NCBI GenBank assembly: GCA_002245135.1
Contig: NGBS01000631.1
Span: 1 to 50,174 of the forward strand
DNA length: 50,174 bases
Reading direction: 5' to 3'
Source of the DNA: Proteromonas lacertae
Lineage: Eukaryota
Translations under genes and position numbers: made by a program
Shown: positions 23,248 to 34,197 of the stretch, in pieces
How positions within the stretch are numbered: the stretch's first letter is position 1
Layout of the letters: every line of letters begins with the position of its first letter
The notes under the pieces: generated by a model
What the model was told of the DNA's origin: nothing
What the model saw: only the letters and a program-made list of their open reading frames with translations
Databases searched by the model: none

Positions 23248-23805
23248 ATGATATGTTATAGTTATAAATTTAACATCTTTAAAATTGATGTGCTTGAAGA
23301 AATGAATCATATAACTATCAATATATTTACTATAGTAGATAAAGAACCAATACCTCATTATAGAACTTCAATAGATAAAATATTACATTATCCACATGTC
23401 AAAATATTGTTTTACAAAGAACATTTTATGACAATTACAAAGTTAGAGGCATTTCTAGCACCATAAAATAAGCGTTGTTATAATTACTACACTAGGTGTC
23501 CATGCAGTTTTTATGCTTTATCAGCAGATCAATCATTAAAACTCCACAATGCAACTAGTTGTCAATTACAAAGAGGAGTTATTCGTCAATTCCCACCACC
23601 AGATACTTTCTTGGAATTCCATAAATATAAGTTTATGCAAATGATTCCTGTTGTGTTATACTGGGATACAGAAGCAATACAAGTACCAATCGATCATACA
23701 AAAGGAATACCTGATGGAAAAGGTGTGTTTAGTAAACATGTATAATGTAGTTGATGTATAGATATAAGTTCAACGTATCATGATATTATCAGTGAAGAAC
23801 AATAG
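23248..23805 (+). pseudogene. Relic of a Polinton/Maverick protein-primed DNA polymerase B, N-terminal region
   Basis: In-frame translation through stops: EEMNHITINIF..PHVKILFYKEHFMTITKLEAFL..*..TRCPCSF..LKLHNATSC..FPPPDTFLEFHKYKFMQMIPVVLYWDTEAI, i.e. a zinc-finger-like segment plus an ExoI motif of the PFVIYADFE type. Confidence 0.7.
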
Positions 23806-23975
23806 TTATCTTTAATTATTAACAAATATTCACTTCATATCCATCTTCCTTATTTCTATCATATAACATTATTTTTATTGCATATATCACTGGATGAGAA
23901 TGGAATTATTAATTCTTTGATGATAAGATAAAACAAAATCGGTGTTACGATGATTTAAAATAAAAAATATATATT

Positions 23976-24455
23976 GGCTTGAGGAAGGCTTGAACTTACT
24001 TTCTTTTTTCTTCCATATTTTTTTAAAGGGCACATATATGCATCAATATGTTAATGAGTCATAAATGCTAATATACTCTAGCAATTTAAATAATAAAATA
24101 ATTATAAAGATAAATAATAGATGATGTTGTTCCCCGTATGGCGGAAATCACCGTATGGCGGAAATCTATATTGCAGAATGATTCAATCAAAACTAATATG
24201 ATATTCATGATGTTCGGAGTTAGTTATTAACAAATATATAGTTAGTTTGTCATATGACCTACATCTGTGATATACTTATTTATGAACTTCATTATTATCA
24301 ATATTAAACTAATTTTTGTATATTTTCTATTATAATGTATCAGTCACTACTAGAGTCTAAAATACATTATCTGATATGAATAGAATTCACTATTTTTATT
24401 GTTAAGGCGGTTAAAAAAGAAAAAAGAAAAAATAAGTTCAAGCCTCACTCAAGCC
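23976..24455. mobile_element. MITE-like element (480 bp) with ~35-bp imperfect TIRs
   Basis: GGCTTGAGGAAGGCTTGAACTTA... and ...TAAGTTCAAGCCTCACTCAAGCC; internal tandem CCGTATGGCGGAAATC x2 (24134-24166); no TSD seen. Confidence 0.6.
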
Positions 24456-24925
24456 TGCTCTTTAATTTCCTTTTTTAAATAGAAAGATTTAATAATTATT
24501 ATATTCTAATTATTTCAGCTAATTTATTTTAATCTATATTAGCTAAATATACATTTAGTTTGCTTCAAAAATTTCTAGAAAACAAATGGAGCAAATATTC
24601 AAACTATTTATATTAACAAAAAAGGGGTACTTAACATTTGAGCACATGCTCAATCGATTGAACATGGGGTTTATAGAGGGTTTTCGTCTATTCTAATTAG
24701 ATATTCTTATACATCTTTGTATTTCTTATTTATAAAAATAGTCTCAGCTTCATATGTAAACTACATGCTAATTCAATTAATTTGATTTCGAATATTTCAC
24801 TCAGTAATAGCTTCAAAAAATGCTATAAATTATGTTTAGACAGGATCTCCGTTTTATTTCTTCATATAAAAACTATTGAATGAGAAATCTATAAAAATAA
24901 AAATTGAGCACAAGTTTTGATTTAA

Positions 24926-25684
24926 AAATTTTTCAACATAGACTTAAATTTCAGCACAAGTTTTAATATTAAAATAGATACAGTAATTGCTAATGAATGC
25001 TTCATAGATTATTTTATTATTAATGATAAAATAACAAATTATAATATCAATTTTAACTTTATTAATGATAATGAAAATGAAACAAAAGTAAATAATAATG
25101 AAACAAAAGAATATGAAAATGATAATAGTAGTACATTTATAGAAACTTTTAATGTTAAAATAGTAAAAGGACATAAAATTGAAAAAAGAATAGATGTTCA
25201 TGGCAATATTAGCAGAAAATTAAATAAATTTTTAATATTTAACAAAGAATTACGCTCAAGCAAGTTTATGAAAATCGTTAATATATTAAATATTAAAAAT
25301 ATTACTGATTGCTGTTTAATTCAAACATTTAATACAATTAATATTTATAAATATCAATTTATCCCAATACTATATCACAATCATTACAGCTTATTATGTA
25401 ATTTCAATAACAAATTAACTCATTATGATACAATTGGTTTACATTTGAATGATGAATATATATATAGTAAGTTTAATGTTAAAAATGTTAAATGCATAAA
25501 ATTAAAACAAAAATATGGTTTTACTTGTGGCTATTTTATATTATATATAATATTATTAATTAGTAATAATAAACAAATTGCGGAATTAGATGATGATAAA
25601 ATGTTGGAAGATTTAAAATTAAATATTCAACAAAAATACAATGAAAATCCAGAGAGAGTGATTAATATAATTGAACAAAATTAA
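24926..25684 (+). CDS. Ulp1/C48-like cysteine protease inside the TIR element
   Basis: FIPILYHNHYSLL..HYDTI..KQKYGFTCGYFIL gives the H-D-Q-C catalytic pattern. Frame open from 24926; first ATG at 25268. Confidence 0.65.
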   Translation, partial: KFFNIDLNFSTSFNIKIDTVIANECFIDYFIINDKITNYNINFNFINDNENETKVNNNETKEYENDNSSTFIETFNVKIVKGHKIEKRIDVHGNISRKLNKFLIFNKELRSSKFMKIVNILNIKNITDCCLIQTFNTINIYKYQFIPILYHNHYSLLCNFNNKLTHYDTIGLHLNDEYIYSKFNVKNVKCIKLKQKYGFTCGYFILYIILLISNNKQIAELDDDKMLEDLKLNIQQKYNENPERVINIIEQN

Positions 25685-25774
25685 TATTAATCAATTATAT
25701 TATTATATTACTATTTTTATTATTATTTATGTTATAATTATAATTTATAATAAAAAAATAAACAAAATAGAAAA

Positions 25775-25800
25775 TTAGGGTTAGTTTTAGGGTTAGGGTT
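25775..25800 (+). repeat. Degenerate TTAGGG telomere-like repeats
   Basis: TTAGGGTTAGTTTTAGGGTTAGGGTT. Confidence 0.6.
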
Positions 25801-27169
25801 AACATTGATGATATCTAAATACCACACACAATTCAGAAAAGCTAAAATAATTAATAATAGTCAGACAAATTTCAATATGAGATTCATGGCGCTATCAGAA
25901 ACAACCTGTTCAAAATTTGAGCAGCTGTACAAAATAGAACTTTCCGTTATTCATTGTTTTATTCATATCATTATTTTTAACTTCATATTATACTCTTATT
26001 TGTAACATATTTCTTCTATTATAATCTCTTCATCTTCTTTTAACATATTCAAACTTAAATTACTTGAATAATATGATCTGATGAATTTAAAAGGATAGAT
26101 ATTACATATGTGCAATTTTTGTGAAATTATCTCTTCAACTTAATACCATAACTACAATCTTTCATACAAATTTATGGATTAATAAATCTAAACTTTCTAA
26201 AGGAATAATAAAAATTATAGTACAATATGATTCTACCATCTCTGACGATTTATTCTTTCATCTACAAATTTATATAATAGAAAAGTAATATATTAAAAAT
26301 AAAATGCTATTATGCTATACATGTAGCAACTACAAAAGAAATTAAGAAAAGAAAACTAATAAAAAATTATATTCGTTTCTATGTTTGATTTGAATTTAAA
26401 TAAAAAAACTATTAATATTGAGTCTTCTGATGTAAATTATTATAAATATAGAATTGATACATATAATTTTTGTTGATTAAATAATTTCAATCAGCGTTTT
26501 AAAATAATAAGAAATTAAATAATTTGATTAAATGAAGTTATGAAAATACTATTTTAATCATTCATAATATTTATTGTGAAATATGCAATTGATTGTAATG
26601 TTTATTTTATTAATTTACTTCTTATATGCCCCATGCTCAAAATTTAAATCTATGTTGAAAAATTTTCAAATCAAAACTTGTGCTCAATTTTTATTTTTAA
26701 AGATTTCTCATTCAATAGTTTTTATATGAAGAAATAAAACGGAGATCCTGTCTAAACATAATTTATAGCATTTTTTGAAGCTATTACTGAGTGAAATATT
26801 CGAAATCAAATTAATTGAATTAGCATGTAGTTTACATATGAAGCTGAGACTATTTTTATAAATAAGAAATACAAAGATGTATAAGAATATCTAATTAGAA
26901 TAGACGAAAACCCTCTATAAACCCCATGTTCAATCGATTATTAAAAGTAACAATTTTTCATCAAGACAAGTAAGAATATACATTTAGTTTGTTTTAAAAG
27001 CGTCTGGTAGACAAACGGCCAACTAGACAAACGGCGCACAACATCATTACTTGAAAATTGATTATTAGATATAATATTATCATTAATTGAATATTGATTA
27101 TTATAAGAATTTTGAGTTAACTCTTCCAAATTTAAAACATTAATGAAGAAAATGCTCATAATTTGAATA

Positions 27170-28147
27170 ATGAATAATAGGGTTTTTTATTCTTACTTCT
27201 CTCTTATAATAATTTCTTTTTCTATTTTCTTAGTTGAATACTATAAAAATTATCAAAATAATATATTATCAAAAATAATTATTAAGAAATCAAATAATAT
27301 TTCTAAGATGTTTAGAGATTCTATATATATATATAATCAGAGAATAAAAAATTTAAATCAAGAATATAATTCAAATAAAAAGTGTAAAGGGAATAAAACT
27401 TCAATAATTGTCTTACTGAAATATAAAGAAATAAAAAAATTCATTATTAATAATTATTTGTTTCTTAAACAACATTATCATGATAAACTATTATTTTTTG
27501 TTACAGAAAATATAACTACAGTTGAACAGTATAGAAATATAGAATATAATATTATCGATGTTTCAGTTTATTTTTTTTCATTTCCATATAAGTTCAATTC
27601 ATCAAAATTTAAACCTAATTTTATTAAAAGAGGAACATGGAATTATCAACACATGTGCCGATTCTTTTTTAAAATAATATTTGTTCATCCTTCATTATGT
27701 GATGTTAAATTATATATGCGTCTTGATTCAGATTCAATAATAAACACCACAATTGATTTATTTAAACTAATGAAGAATGATTATATATATATGTATAACA
27801 ATGTTATAAGTGATTCAGAATTTGTAACAATTGGAATGAAAGATTACGTGGAATCATACATTCAAACATTTGAGGTAAAAATAAAAGATCCAATAAGGTA
27901 TGTTAAAAATTTTAAAAATAATGCTTTAATGTATTATAATAATTTTGAAATTGGAAGATTAAATTTCTTCAGAAAAAAAGAAATGTTTCAATTTATAAAT
28001 CTTATAGATTTAAGTTATGGTCAATATATATATAGATGGGGAGATGCACCATTAAGATACATTAGTTTATCTCTATTTGCATATAATTATAGCAAAATTC
28101 ATATACCTAAATCTATAAAATATTGTCATAATAACAGATGCAATTAA
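27170..28147 (+). CDS. GT15 (KRE2/MNT1-like) alpha-1,2-mannosyltransferase
   Basis: NYQHMCRFF, YMRLDSDS, YYNNFEI, RWGDAPLR; N-terminal TM. Confidence 0.9.
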   Translation: MNNRVFYSYFSLIIISFSIFLVEYYKNYQNNILSKIIIKKSNNISKMFRDSIYIYNQRIKNLNQEYNSNKKCKGNKTSIIVLLKYKEIKKFIINNYLFLKQHYHDKLLFFVTENITTVEQYRNIEYNIIDVSVYFFSFPYKFNSSKFKPNFIKRGTWNYQHMCRFFFKIIFVHPSLCDVKLYMRLDSDSIINTTIDLFKLMKNDYIYMYNNVISDSEFVTIGMKDYVESYIQTFEVKIKDPIRYVKNFKNNALMYYNNFEIGRLNFFRKKEMFQFINLIDLSYGQYIYRWGDAPLRYISLSLFAYNYSKIHIPKSIKYCHNNRCN

Positions 28148-28218
28148 TACTTATTATTGTAGCAATAGTAGCAGATCTTTGTATGTGTATATATGTAATA
28201 GATATATTGCAATGAATA

Positions 28219-30069
28219 ATGTTTAGAACTGATATTGAAGGGTTAAGAGGAGTTGCAGTATTGTTAGTAATATTTTATCATTTAGATATTAATTATTTTT
28301 GTGGAGGATTTATAGGGGTTGATATATTTTTTGCAATATCTGGATATTTAATAACAGGAATTATAATAAAAAGTAATGAAAAGAAAGAGTTTAGTTTTTT
28401 AAAATTCTATAACAATAGATGTAAAAGGATATTACCTAATTCTATCTTTGTATTAAATATAATAATTTTAATACTTTATAAATGTAATGATTTACAATAT
28501 AAAATAAAAGTATGTGTTGATTGTGTATGGGCAATTCTATTAAATGCTAATACTAATTACTATATTCAGTCACTCGATTATTTAAAATCTTATCAACAAA
28601 ATTCCCCTGTTCTTCATTATTGGTCATTATCATTAGAAGAACAATTTTATTTTTTCTACCCACTAGTTATATACTTCATTTTTAAATCAAAGTTGAATGT
28701 TATAATCATTATAATAACTATAATATCTTTAAATATATGCATCATATACTCACCATATTATAAATCATTTGCATATTTCACTCTTTTTTCTCGATCATGG
28801 CAATTATTAGCTGGAGGTATAATTAAAATATATGAAAACAATTTTATTGACTTTAAATTTTCAAATATATCATTAATTTTGATTATATTTATATCGAACA
28901 TATATAACAAATATATAAATTATCCTGGAGTATATTCTATAATTCCAATCCTTCTATCATGTTTAATTATAAAAAATAATTTCACATGTAATTCATATTT
29001 AAATCTGAATATATTAAGAAAATGTGGAGCAGTATCTTTCTCTGTGTATTTAGTTCATTATCCAATATTAATAATAAATCACAAGAAAAAGAAAATATTT
29101 AATTGTTTATATATAATACTCAATTCATCATTATTACATATATTTGTTGAAAATCCATTTTATTATAGTAGTGTCATTTACAATTATGTATCTCCATTTA
29201 AATTAGGAGTTACTGCTATTACATTAACACTATATGCTATTATTAAGATAGTATATCAGTCAAATAGAATGATAGCATTGAATAATCGTTTAATAATAAA
29301 TAATTACTATTTTAAAAGTTTGAAAAACAATTTTAACAATTATATAAAGAGCATGAGTAATTTATGTTGTTACTATGAGTTTAAAGGAGTAAAGTTTAAT
29401 AAACACATATTTTTTGTAGGAGATTCTCATTCACTAGTATTTATTTTTTCCATATCTTCATATGCAAAACAATATGGATGGAAAATATATCATTGGTGGT
29501 TTCATAGAAATAATATTATTATAAATAATTTAAAACTATATGAAAAAATATTAGGTAATTTAATATATGATTTAATTGTAAATACATATAAATATCCAAC
29601 AAACTTAAATGAAAGAAAAATATTTCAAAATAATTTCTTAATAAATCTAAAGTTTATATTAGCAAAAACAAAATATATGATTATAGTAAATGATAATCCT
29701 TTCTTCATGAAAAATCCAGATGAAAGTCTTATAAAAAGAAATAGAGTATATGAGTATATTAATAATGGTTGTTTATATTCTCCTCCATTTGTTATACCAA
29801 ATATTAGTAATATAAAGCAGTTAGATTTTTCCCAATATTATTATTATAATAATAAATGTCTACTTGTGTATAACAATACAATTATATATGTAGATAATAA
29901 TCATTTATCTATTGATTTTTTAAATATAATAGTTGGTAAAGAACTATTTAAAACAATTATTTCATTTCCAGAATTTAATAAGTTAAAAGAGTTAAATAAT
30001 TCATCATATTCATGCTTATATTGGATTCCACAAAAAGATCCTCATTACCAAATATATAAAACATGTTAA
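28219..30069 (+). CDS. OafA-like acyltransferase-3 plus SGNH domain (O-acetyltransferase)
   Basis: FRTDIEGLRGVAV, GVDIFFAISGYLI, HYWSLSLEEQFY, VGDSH, DNNH. Confidence 0.9.
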   Translation: MFRTDIEGLRGVAVLLVIFYHLDINYFCGGFIGVDIFFAISGYLITGIIIKSNEKKEFSFLKFYNNRCKRILPNSIFVLNIIILILYKCNDLQYKIKVCVDCVWAILLNANTNYYIQSLDYLKSYQQNSPVLHYWSLSLEEQFYFFYPLVIYFIFKSKLNVIIIIITIISLNICIIYSPYYKSFAYFTLFSRSWQLLAGGIIKIYENNFIDFKFSNISLILIIFISNIYNKYINYPGVYSIIPILLSCLIIKNNFTCNSYLNLNILRKCGAVSFSVYLVHYPILIINHKKKKIFNCLYIILNSSLLHIFVENPFYYSSVIYNYVSPFKLGVTAITLTLYAIIKIVYQSNRMIALNNRLIINNYYFKSLKNNFNNYIKSMSNLCCYYEFKGVKFNKHIFFVGDSHSLVFIFSISSYAKQYGWKIYHWWFHRNNIIINNLKLYEKILGNLIYDLIVNTYKYPTNLNERKIFQNNFLINLKFILAKTKYMIIVNDNPFFMKNPDESLIKRNRVYEYINNGCLYSPPFVIPNISNIKQLDFSQYYYYNNKCLLVYNNTIIYVDNNHLSIDFLNIIVGKELFKTIISFPEFNKLKELNNSSYSCLYWIPQKDPHYQIYKTC

Positions 30070-30097
30070 TACATCAATATAAGAATATTGAACTTAA

Positions 30098-31102
30098 TCA
30101 AACAGACTTTGGAATTGCTAATAAAGAAAATTCACATGCATATGGCTCACATAAATTTGATAGAATATATTTATATGTATAGAATGATGTTAATGAGTCT
30201 ATATATTTTCTTATTTTAAAATATTCTGCGAAATTATGATATATTGAAATGCTTAATATAGGATGGTATTTTATAATAGTATTTTTTGCTCCCTTTATTA
30301 ACTCCAATCCGTTTCCTTCTACATCTGCTTTTATAAAGCCTATATTAATATTATGATCTCTCACTTCATCATCTATTGTTGAAATATTTATTTTTAGATC
30401 CCCTTTACTTTCTATTCCTACACCAGCTAGACCACTATTTGAAATATATGATATTCCATTAAAATGACTAAGCCCTTTTTGTATAATTATATGTTTATTG
30501 TAAGTAGCATTATTATTCTCTATTGTTTTATATATTTCATTAATATTATGTTGTGATATTTCATATGAATATATATATTTGTTAGTGTAATTTTCAAATA
30601 TTAACAAAGAATCACCAATCCATGCTCCTATATCCATTATATCTTTATTTAGTATATAGTTGAGAATTTTATAATCAAAATATATAATTCCATGTTTATA
30701 AAAGAAAACTTCAGGATAGAATATAGTTAATTTGTATTTCATTTTTAAAAGTGGTTGCAACTTTAGATACAAATGATATTTATTAATTTGTTCATCTGTA
30801 AACTCCTTTACTAACTTGTTACATAATATGATGTTAATTAACATTCTCTGTTGTTTTTCTAAATTATTCTTTGAAATAATATCAGTGTTTCTCTTCATAT
30901 ATTCAAATTCTTTTGCTATATACTCTACAGATTTTTTTGTGTTATTGTTATTTATTTTCAATATTTCCATTCGTATCAAGCTTAAGGAATGAAAAAGATT
31001 TACACCATTAATGCAAACAGAATAATCTAGATTAATATTTTCAGAATGTAAGGATAAAAAATATAGCAAAATAATAAATAATAATAAAAGATATAATAAC
31101 AT
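30098..31102 (-). CDS. FkbM-family SAM methyltransferase
   Basis: IMDIGAWIGDS, STIDD, FIKADVEG, LSISIYH; N-terminal TM. Confidence 0.85.
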   Translation of the reverse strand: MLLYLLLLFIILLYFLSLHSENINLDYSVCINGVNLFHSLSLIRMEILKINNNNTKKSVEYIAKEFEYMKRNTDIISKNNLEKQQRMLINIILCNKLVKEFTDEQINKYHLYLKLQPLLKMKYKLTIFYPEVFFYKHGIIYFDYKILNYILNKDIMDIGAWIGDSLLIFENYTNKYIYSYEISQHNINEIYKTIENNNATYNKHIIIQKGLSHFNGISYISNSGLAGVGIESKGDLKINISTIDDEVRDHNINIGFIKADVEGNGLELIKGAKNTIIKYHPILSISIYHNFAEYFKIRKYIDSLTSFYTYKYILSNLCEPYACEFSLLAIPKSV

Positions 31103-31248
31103 CGAGGTTAATTAAATGTGTAAGATGTTTATTATAATTTTACTTCTAAAACAAAATGCAACTTATATTAACCCTAACTGTTTATGAACAAAACTTTAAA
31201 TTTCTTAAAATCTAAATTATACAAATAATATTTACTTTACTTATTTAT

Positions 31249-32445
31249 TTGTTATTTATATGCTTCATTATATTGGAATTTATTTATAATTCCTTTATAT
31301 TTAGTATTTCCAAAATCCCAAAACTCAGAACAAAAAATGTAATTCTATCAACAATAGGAAAAATGAATGGAATTATTATTATTAAATGCAATAATAACAT
31401 AACTAAAAATTATTCTTGTGCTAATGTAAATAATGTATTATCAAATAATAGATTTATTTATATTAAAATGACTAAAAGATTTGTAGTAAAATTTGGAAAT
31501 AATGTAATTAGAAAGAGAAATTTAATTTTTAAAAGAAAGTCATCTACCGTATATGAAAATAAATCATACATGATATATTTTTTCAAAAATATCATCTTAA
31601 ATGAATATGGTTCAATACTAACATTATGCAACGAATATATATCTATTAAAGGAGGTTGTAGATGCAAAAAAGAAATACTAAATACACCAATTTACAATTT
31701 AAAAAAGAATAATACTAACATAATAATCCAAATCACACAATATTTAGGATCTGCAATATATCATTCAATAATTAATTGTCTTACTAAAATTATACCACTG
31801 CTATCAATACTAAATAGTATTTCGAATTATCAAATACATATTCATAACAACAGCGCTATAATACATTATTTAATGTTGCTTGATATATCTGTAAATAATA
31901 TAATTACTGGAAATGTATATTCGAAATATGTAATAATGATGGAAAGAGTGGAATGTACTTCGTCAATATATACATATTCAGTTTTGCAATTAAGAAATAT
32001 ATTATTAGCAAAAATAAAAAAAAATAATAAATATACAACACCAATTATACTATTTATCAGAAGACTTTATACTAGGAGAATAAAACACTTCTTTGACATT
32101 GTTAACAAAATATGTAATGAATACTACTATTATAATTGTAATATATATGAGCCTTCTACTAAGTTCACAGTAATGATAGATATGTTTTCAAATGCAGATA
32201 TAATAGTAGCACCTCATGGTGCAGGATTAACAAACATTATAGTATCAAAAAATGGTATAAAAATAATGGAATTAATAAATGAAAATTTTCCAGTATTATG
32301 TTTTGCTAAACTATCTTTTATTTTAGGATATAATTATTATGGTATTTATTCAACTTACAACAAAAAAGATGATGAATTTGTTTTAAATACATCATCTTTT
32401 TATTATATTTTCAAAGATTTTGTAAAACATTCTAGTATAAAATAA
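31249..32445 (+). CDS. GT61-like glycosyltransferase
   Basis: FSNADIIVAPHGAGLTNII; start codon uncertain. Confidence 0.85.
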   Translation: MLFICFIILEFIYNSFIFSISKIPKLRTKNVILSTIGKMNGIIIIKCNNNITKNYSCANVNNVLSNNRFIYIKMTKRFVVKFGNNVIRKRNLIFKRKSSTVYENKSYMIYFFKNIILNEYGSILTLCNEYISIKGGCRCKKEILNTPIYNLKKNNTNIIIQITQYLGSAIYHSIINCLTKIIPLLSILNSISNYQIHIHNNSAIIHYLMLLDISVNNIITGNVYSKYVIMMERVECTSSIYTYSVLQLRNILLAKIKKNNKYTTPIILFIRRLYTRRIKHFFDIVNKICNEYYYYNCNIYEPSTKFTVMIDMFSNADIIVAPHGAGLTNIIVSKNGIKIMELINENFPVLCFAKLSFILGYNYYGIYSTYNKKDDEFVLNTSSFYYIFKDFVKHSSIK

Positions 32446-32471
32446 TAATTTGGTCAATACAAAGTAATTAA

Positions 32472-33251
32472 TTACAATATTATGTTTGCACTGCAGTCAG
32501 GAGGATAAGGAACATTTTTTTGACCAAACATTGTACTCCAAGTAAATTCCATATAAGAACCTGTTAAATAATTTCTAGATTTTATATTCTCTATATTGTT
32601 TGACATAGCTTTTTTAAACCCATACATAGAAAAATTTTTCAGCGCTTTCCTTAAATTTATATAATATTCTATTTTATGTAGATATATTAGGTTTTTATTA
32701 AAAAGGAATGAAGCACAACAAGGAAATGTTAACTTTTTATTAAAAACGTTACGTATATCAACATGCTCTACATTAATCGACTTTAAATAATCATCTACAA
32801 TTACAGCATTGCGATATGATCCATTTTTATTCCAGTATTTAGCGTTATAATAATAACAATTAACTCCTATAAAGTCATTATGATAAACATACTTTTGTCT
32901 TGAGATATTATTAATTCTATTAATAATTGAAGTTGGATAATGGCTAGATATATCATGATCGTGAATAAAAGACAATATATTATATTTCGTAATACTATAA
33001 GTTTGAATAATATAATCTAACATTAAACCAGCCTCTCTACTATCATATGTATTGCTTTCTTTATTACATTTAATAACTTCAACATCTACTAAAAAAGATG
33101 ATACATTTAGATTTAATGTTTTACCATCTTTAGGACATGCTATTACAATTATCAGCATACTATATTTCTTTCTTTGATATTTAAATATATATAACATTAC
33201 AAATGTCATGTTAAATAGAAATAGAAATAAAAATACAAGTATCTTGTTCAT
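32472..33251 (-). CDS. DUF3431-like putative glycosyltransferase
   Basis: REAGLMLDYII, FIHDH, FPCCASF, GSYMEFTWSTMFG; N-terminal TM. Confidence 0.7.
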   Translation of the reverse strand: MNKILVFLFLFLFNMTFVMLYIFKYQRKKYSMLIIVIACPKDGKTLNLNVSSFLVDVEVIKCNKESNTYDSREAGLMLDYIIQTYSITKYNILSFIHDHDISSHYPTSIINRINNISRQKYVYHNDFIGVNCYYYNAKYWNKNGSYRNAVIVDDYLKSINVEHVDIRNVFNKKLTFPCCASFLFNKNLIYLHKIEYYINLRKALKNFSMYGFKKAMSNNIENIKSRNYLTGSYMEFTWSTMFGQKNVPYPPDCSANIIL

Positions 33252-33267
33252 CAATATAGTTAATTAC

Positions 33268-34197
33268 ATGAATTTGCATGTTTTATTTACTTTAATTATA
33301 TCATTTATTATATTTAATTTAGTTTTTATGAATAGATATAAAAGTACATGTATTATATCTATGTTTATAAATTATAAAAGAGTATATTTTAATGTGTTCG
33401 TAAATTCATTAATCGAAACAAATTATTCTGGGACTTTAATTATATTTTCTGATAAAGATATTGTTATAAATATTAAACATAAATTTCAGTTATTCATAAT
33501 TAAAATCTCAAAAGAATGGCCATTTTTGTTTCAGAATAGTTCATTATATAATTTGGTAAAAGTATGTATATTACCTAAAAATATAACAGAATATAAATGG
33601 GCTATAAATAGATATGGCTTGTATTACTGCTTTTTGATGAAGTATTATTATAAATATGATAATGTGTTTCTACTTGATTTGAGAGATAGTATATTTCAGA
33701 TAAATCCTGAAACTATAAAAATAAAAAATAGAATAATTTTATGTGAAGATGCTAGTTATCCATTTGCAATAAGACAAGATAGATGGAACAAAAAATGGTT
33801 ATTACCATTTTTTAATATTAATAATCCAATATTTAATCAAACTCCATTGAATGGAGGAAGTATATATGGCGATTCATATAATCTACTGATATTTCTTGAA
33901 CAATTTTTAGTTTATTTAAAAAAATTTTATCATTTTACATCAGATCAAGGTGTATTAAACTATATATATTACCAAAATAGAATAAAAAGTACGAATATAT
34001 GTTTAAATCACAATAACAATGGATTCATATTTACCATGGGAATAGAATTAACTTTTAGAAATATATTCCATAATTGTTGTTTCATTATAGAAAATAATAC
34101 AATATACAGAAAAGATAAATCATTACCATTTATTGTTCATCAGTATGATAGAAATAAAACATTACAGAGTATAATTATAAAGAGATTCAACTATTAG
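33268..34197 (+). CDS. Putative GT-A fold glycosyltransferase
   Basis: FLLDLRDSIFQINP, LNGGSIYG, DQGVLNY, IVHQYDR; TM anchor after ATG 33268. Confidence 0.7.
   Translation: MNLHVLFTLIISFIIFNLVFMNRYKSTCIISMFINYKRVYFNVFVNSLIETNYSGTLIIFSDKDIVINIKHKFQLFIIKISKEWPFLFQNSSLYNLVKVCILPKNITEYKWAINRYGLYYCFLMKYYYKYDNVFLLDLRDSIFQINPETIKIKNRIILCEDASYPFAIRQDRWNKKWLLPFFNINNPIFNQTPLNGGSIYGDSYNLLIFLEQFLVYLKKFYHFTSDQGVLNYIYYQNRIKSTNICLNHNNNGFIFTMGIELTFRNIFHNCCFIIENNTIYRKDKSLPFIVHQYDRNKTLQSIIIKRFNY

Larger units (their letters stand above)
24652..26939. mobile_element. 2.3-kb non-autonomous DNA transposon with ~300-bp near-identical TIRs
   Basis: 24652-24951 is the reverse complement of 26640-26939 with few mismatches. 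Both ends carry the palindrome AATCGATT (TIR tip or 8-bp TSD). Confidence 0.9.

Noticed and set aside
26941..27159. 72-aa minus-strand ORF as a complete gene
   Set aside because: It ends at the TIR edge and has no recognisable motif; it may be a truncated gene start, but I found no continuation beyond the element.
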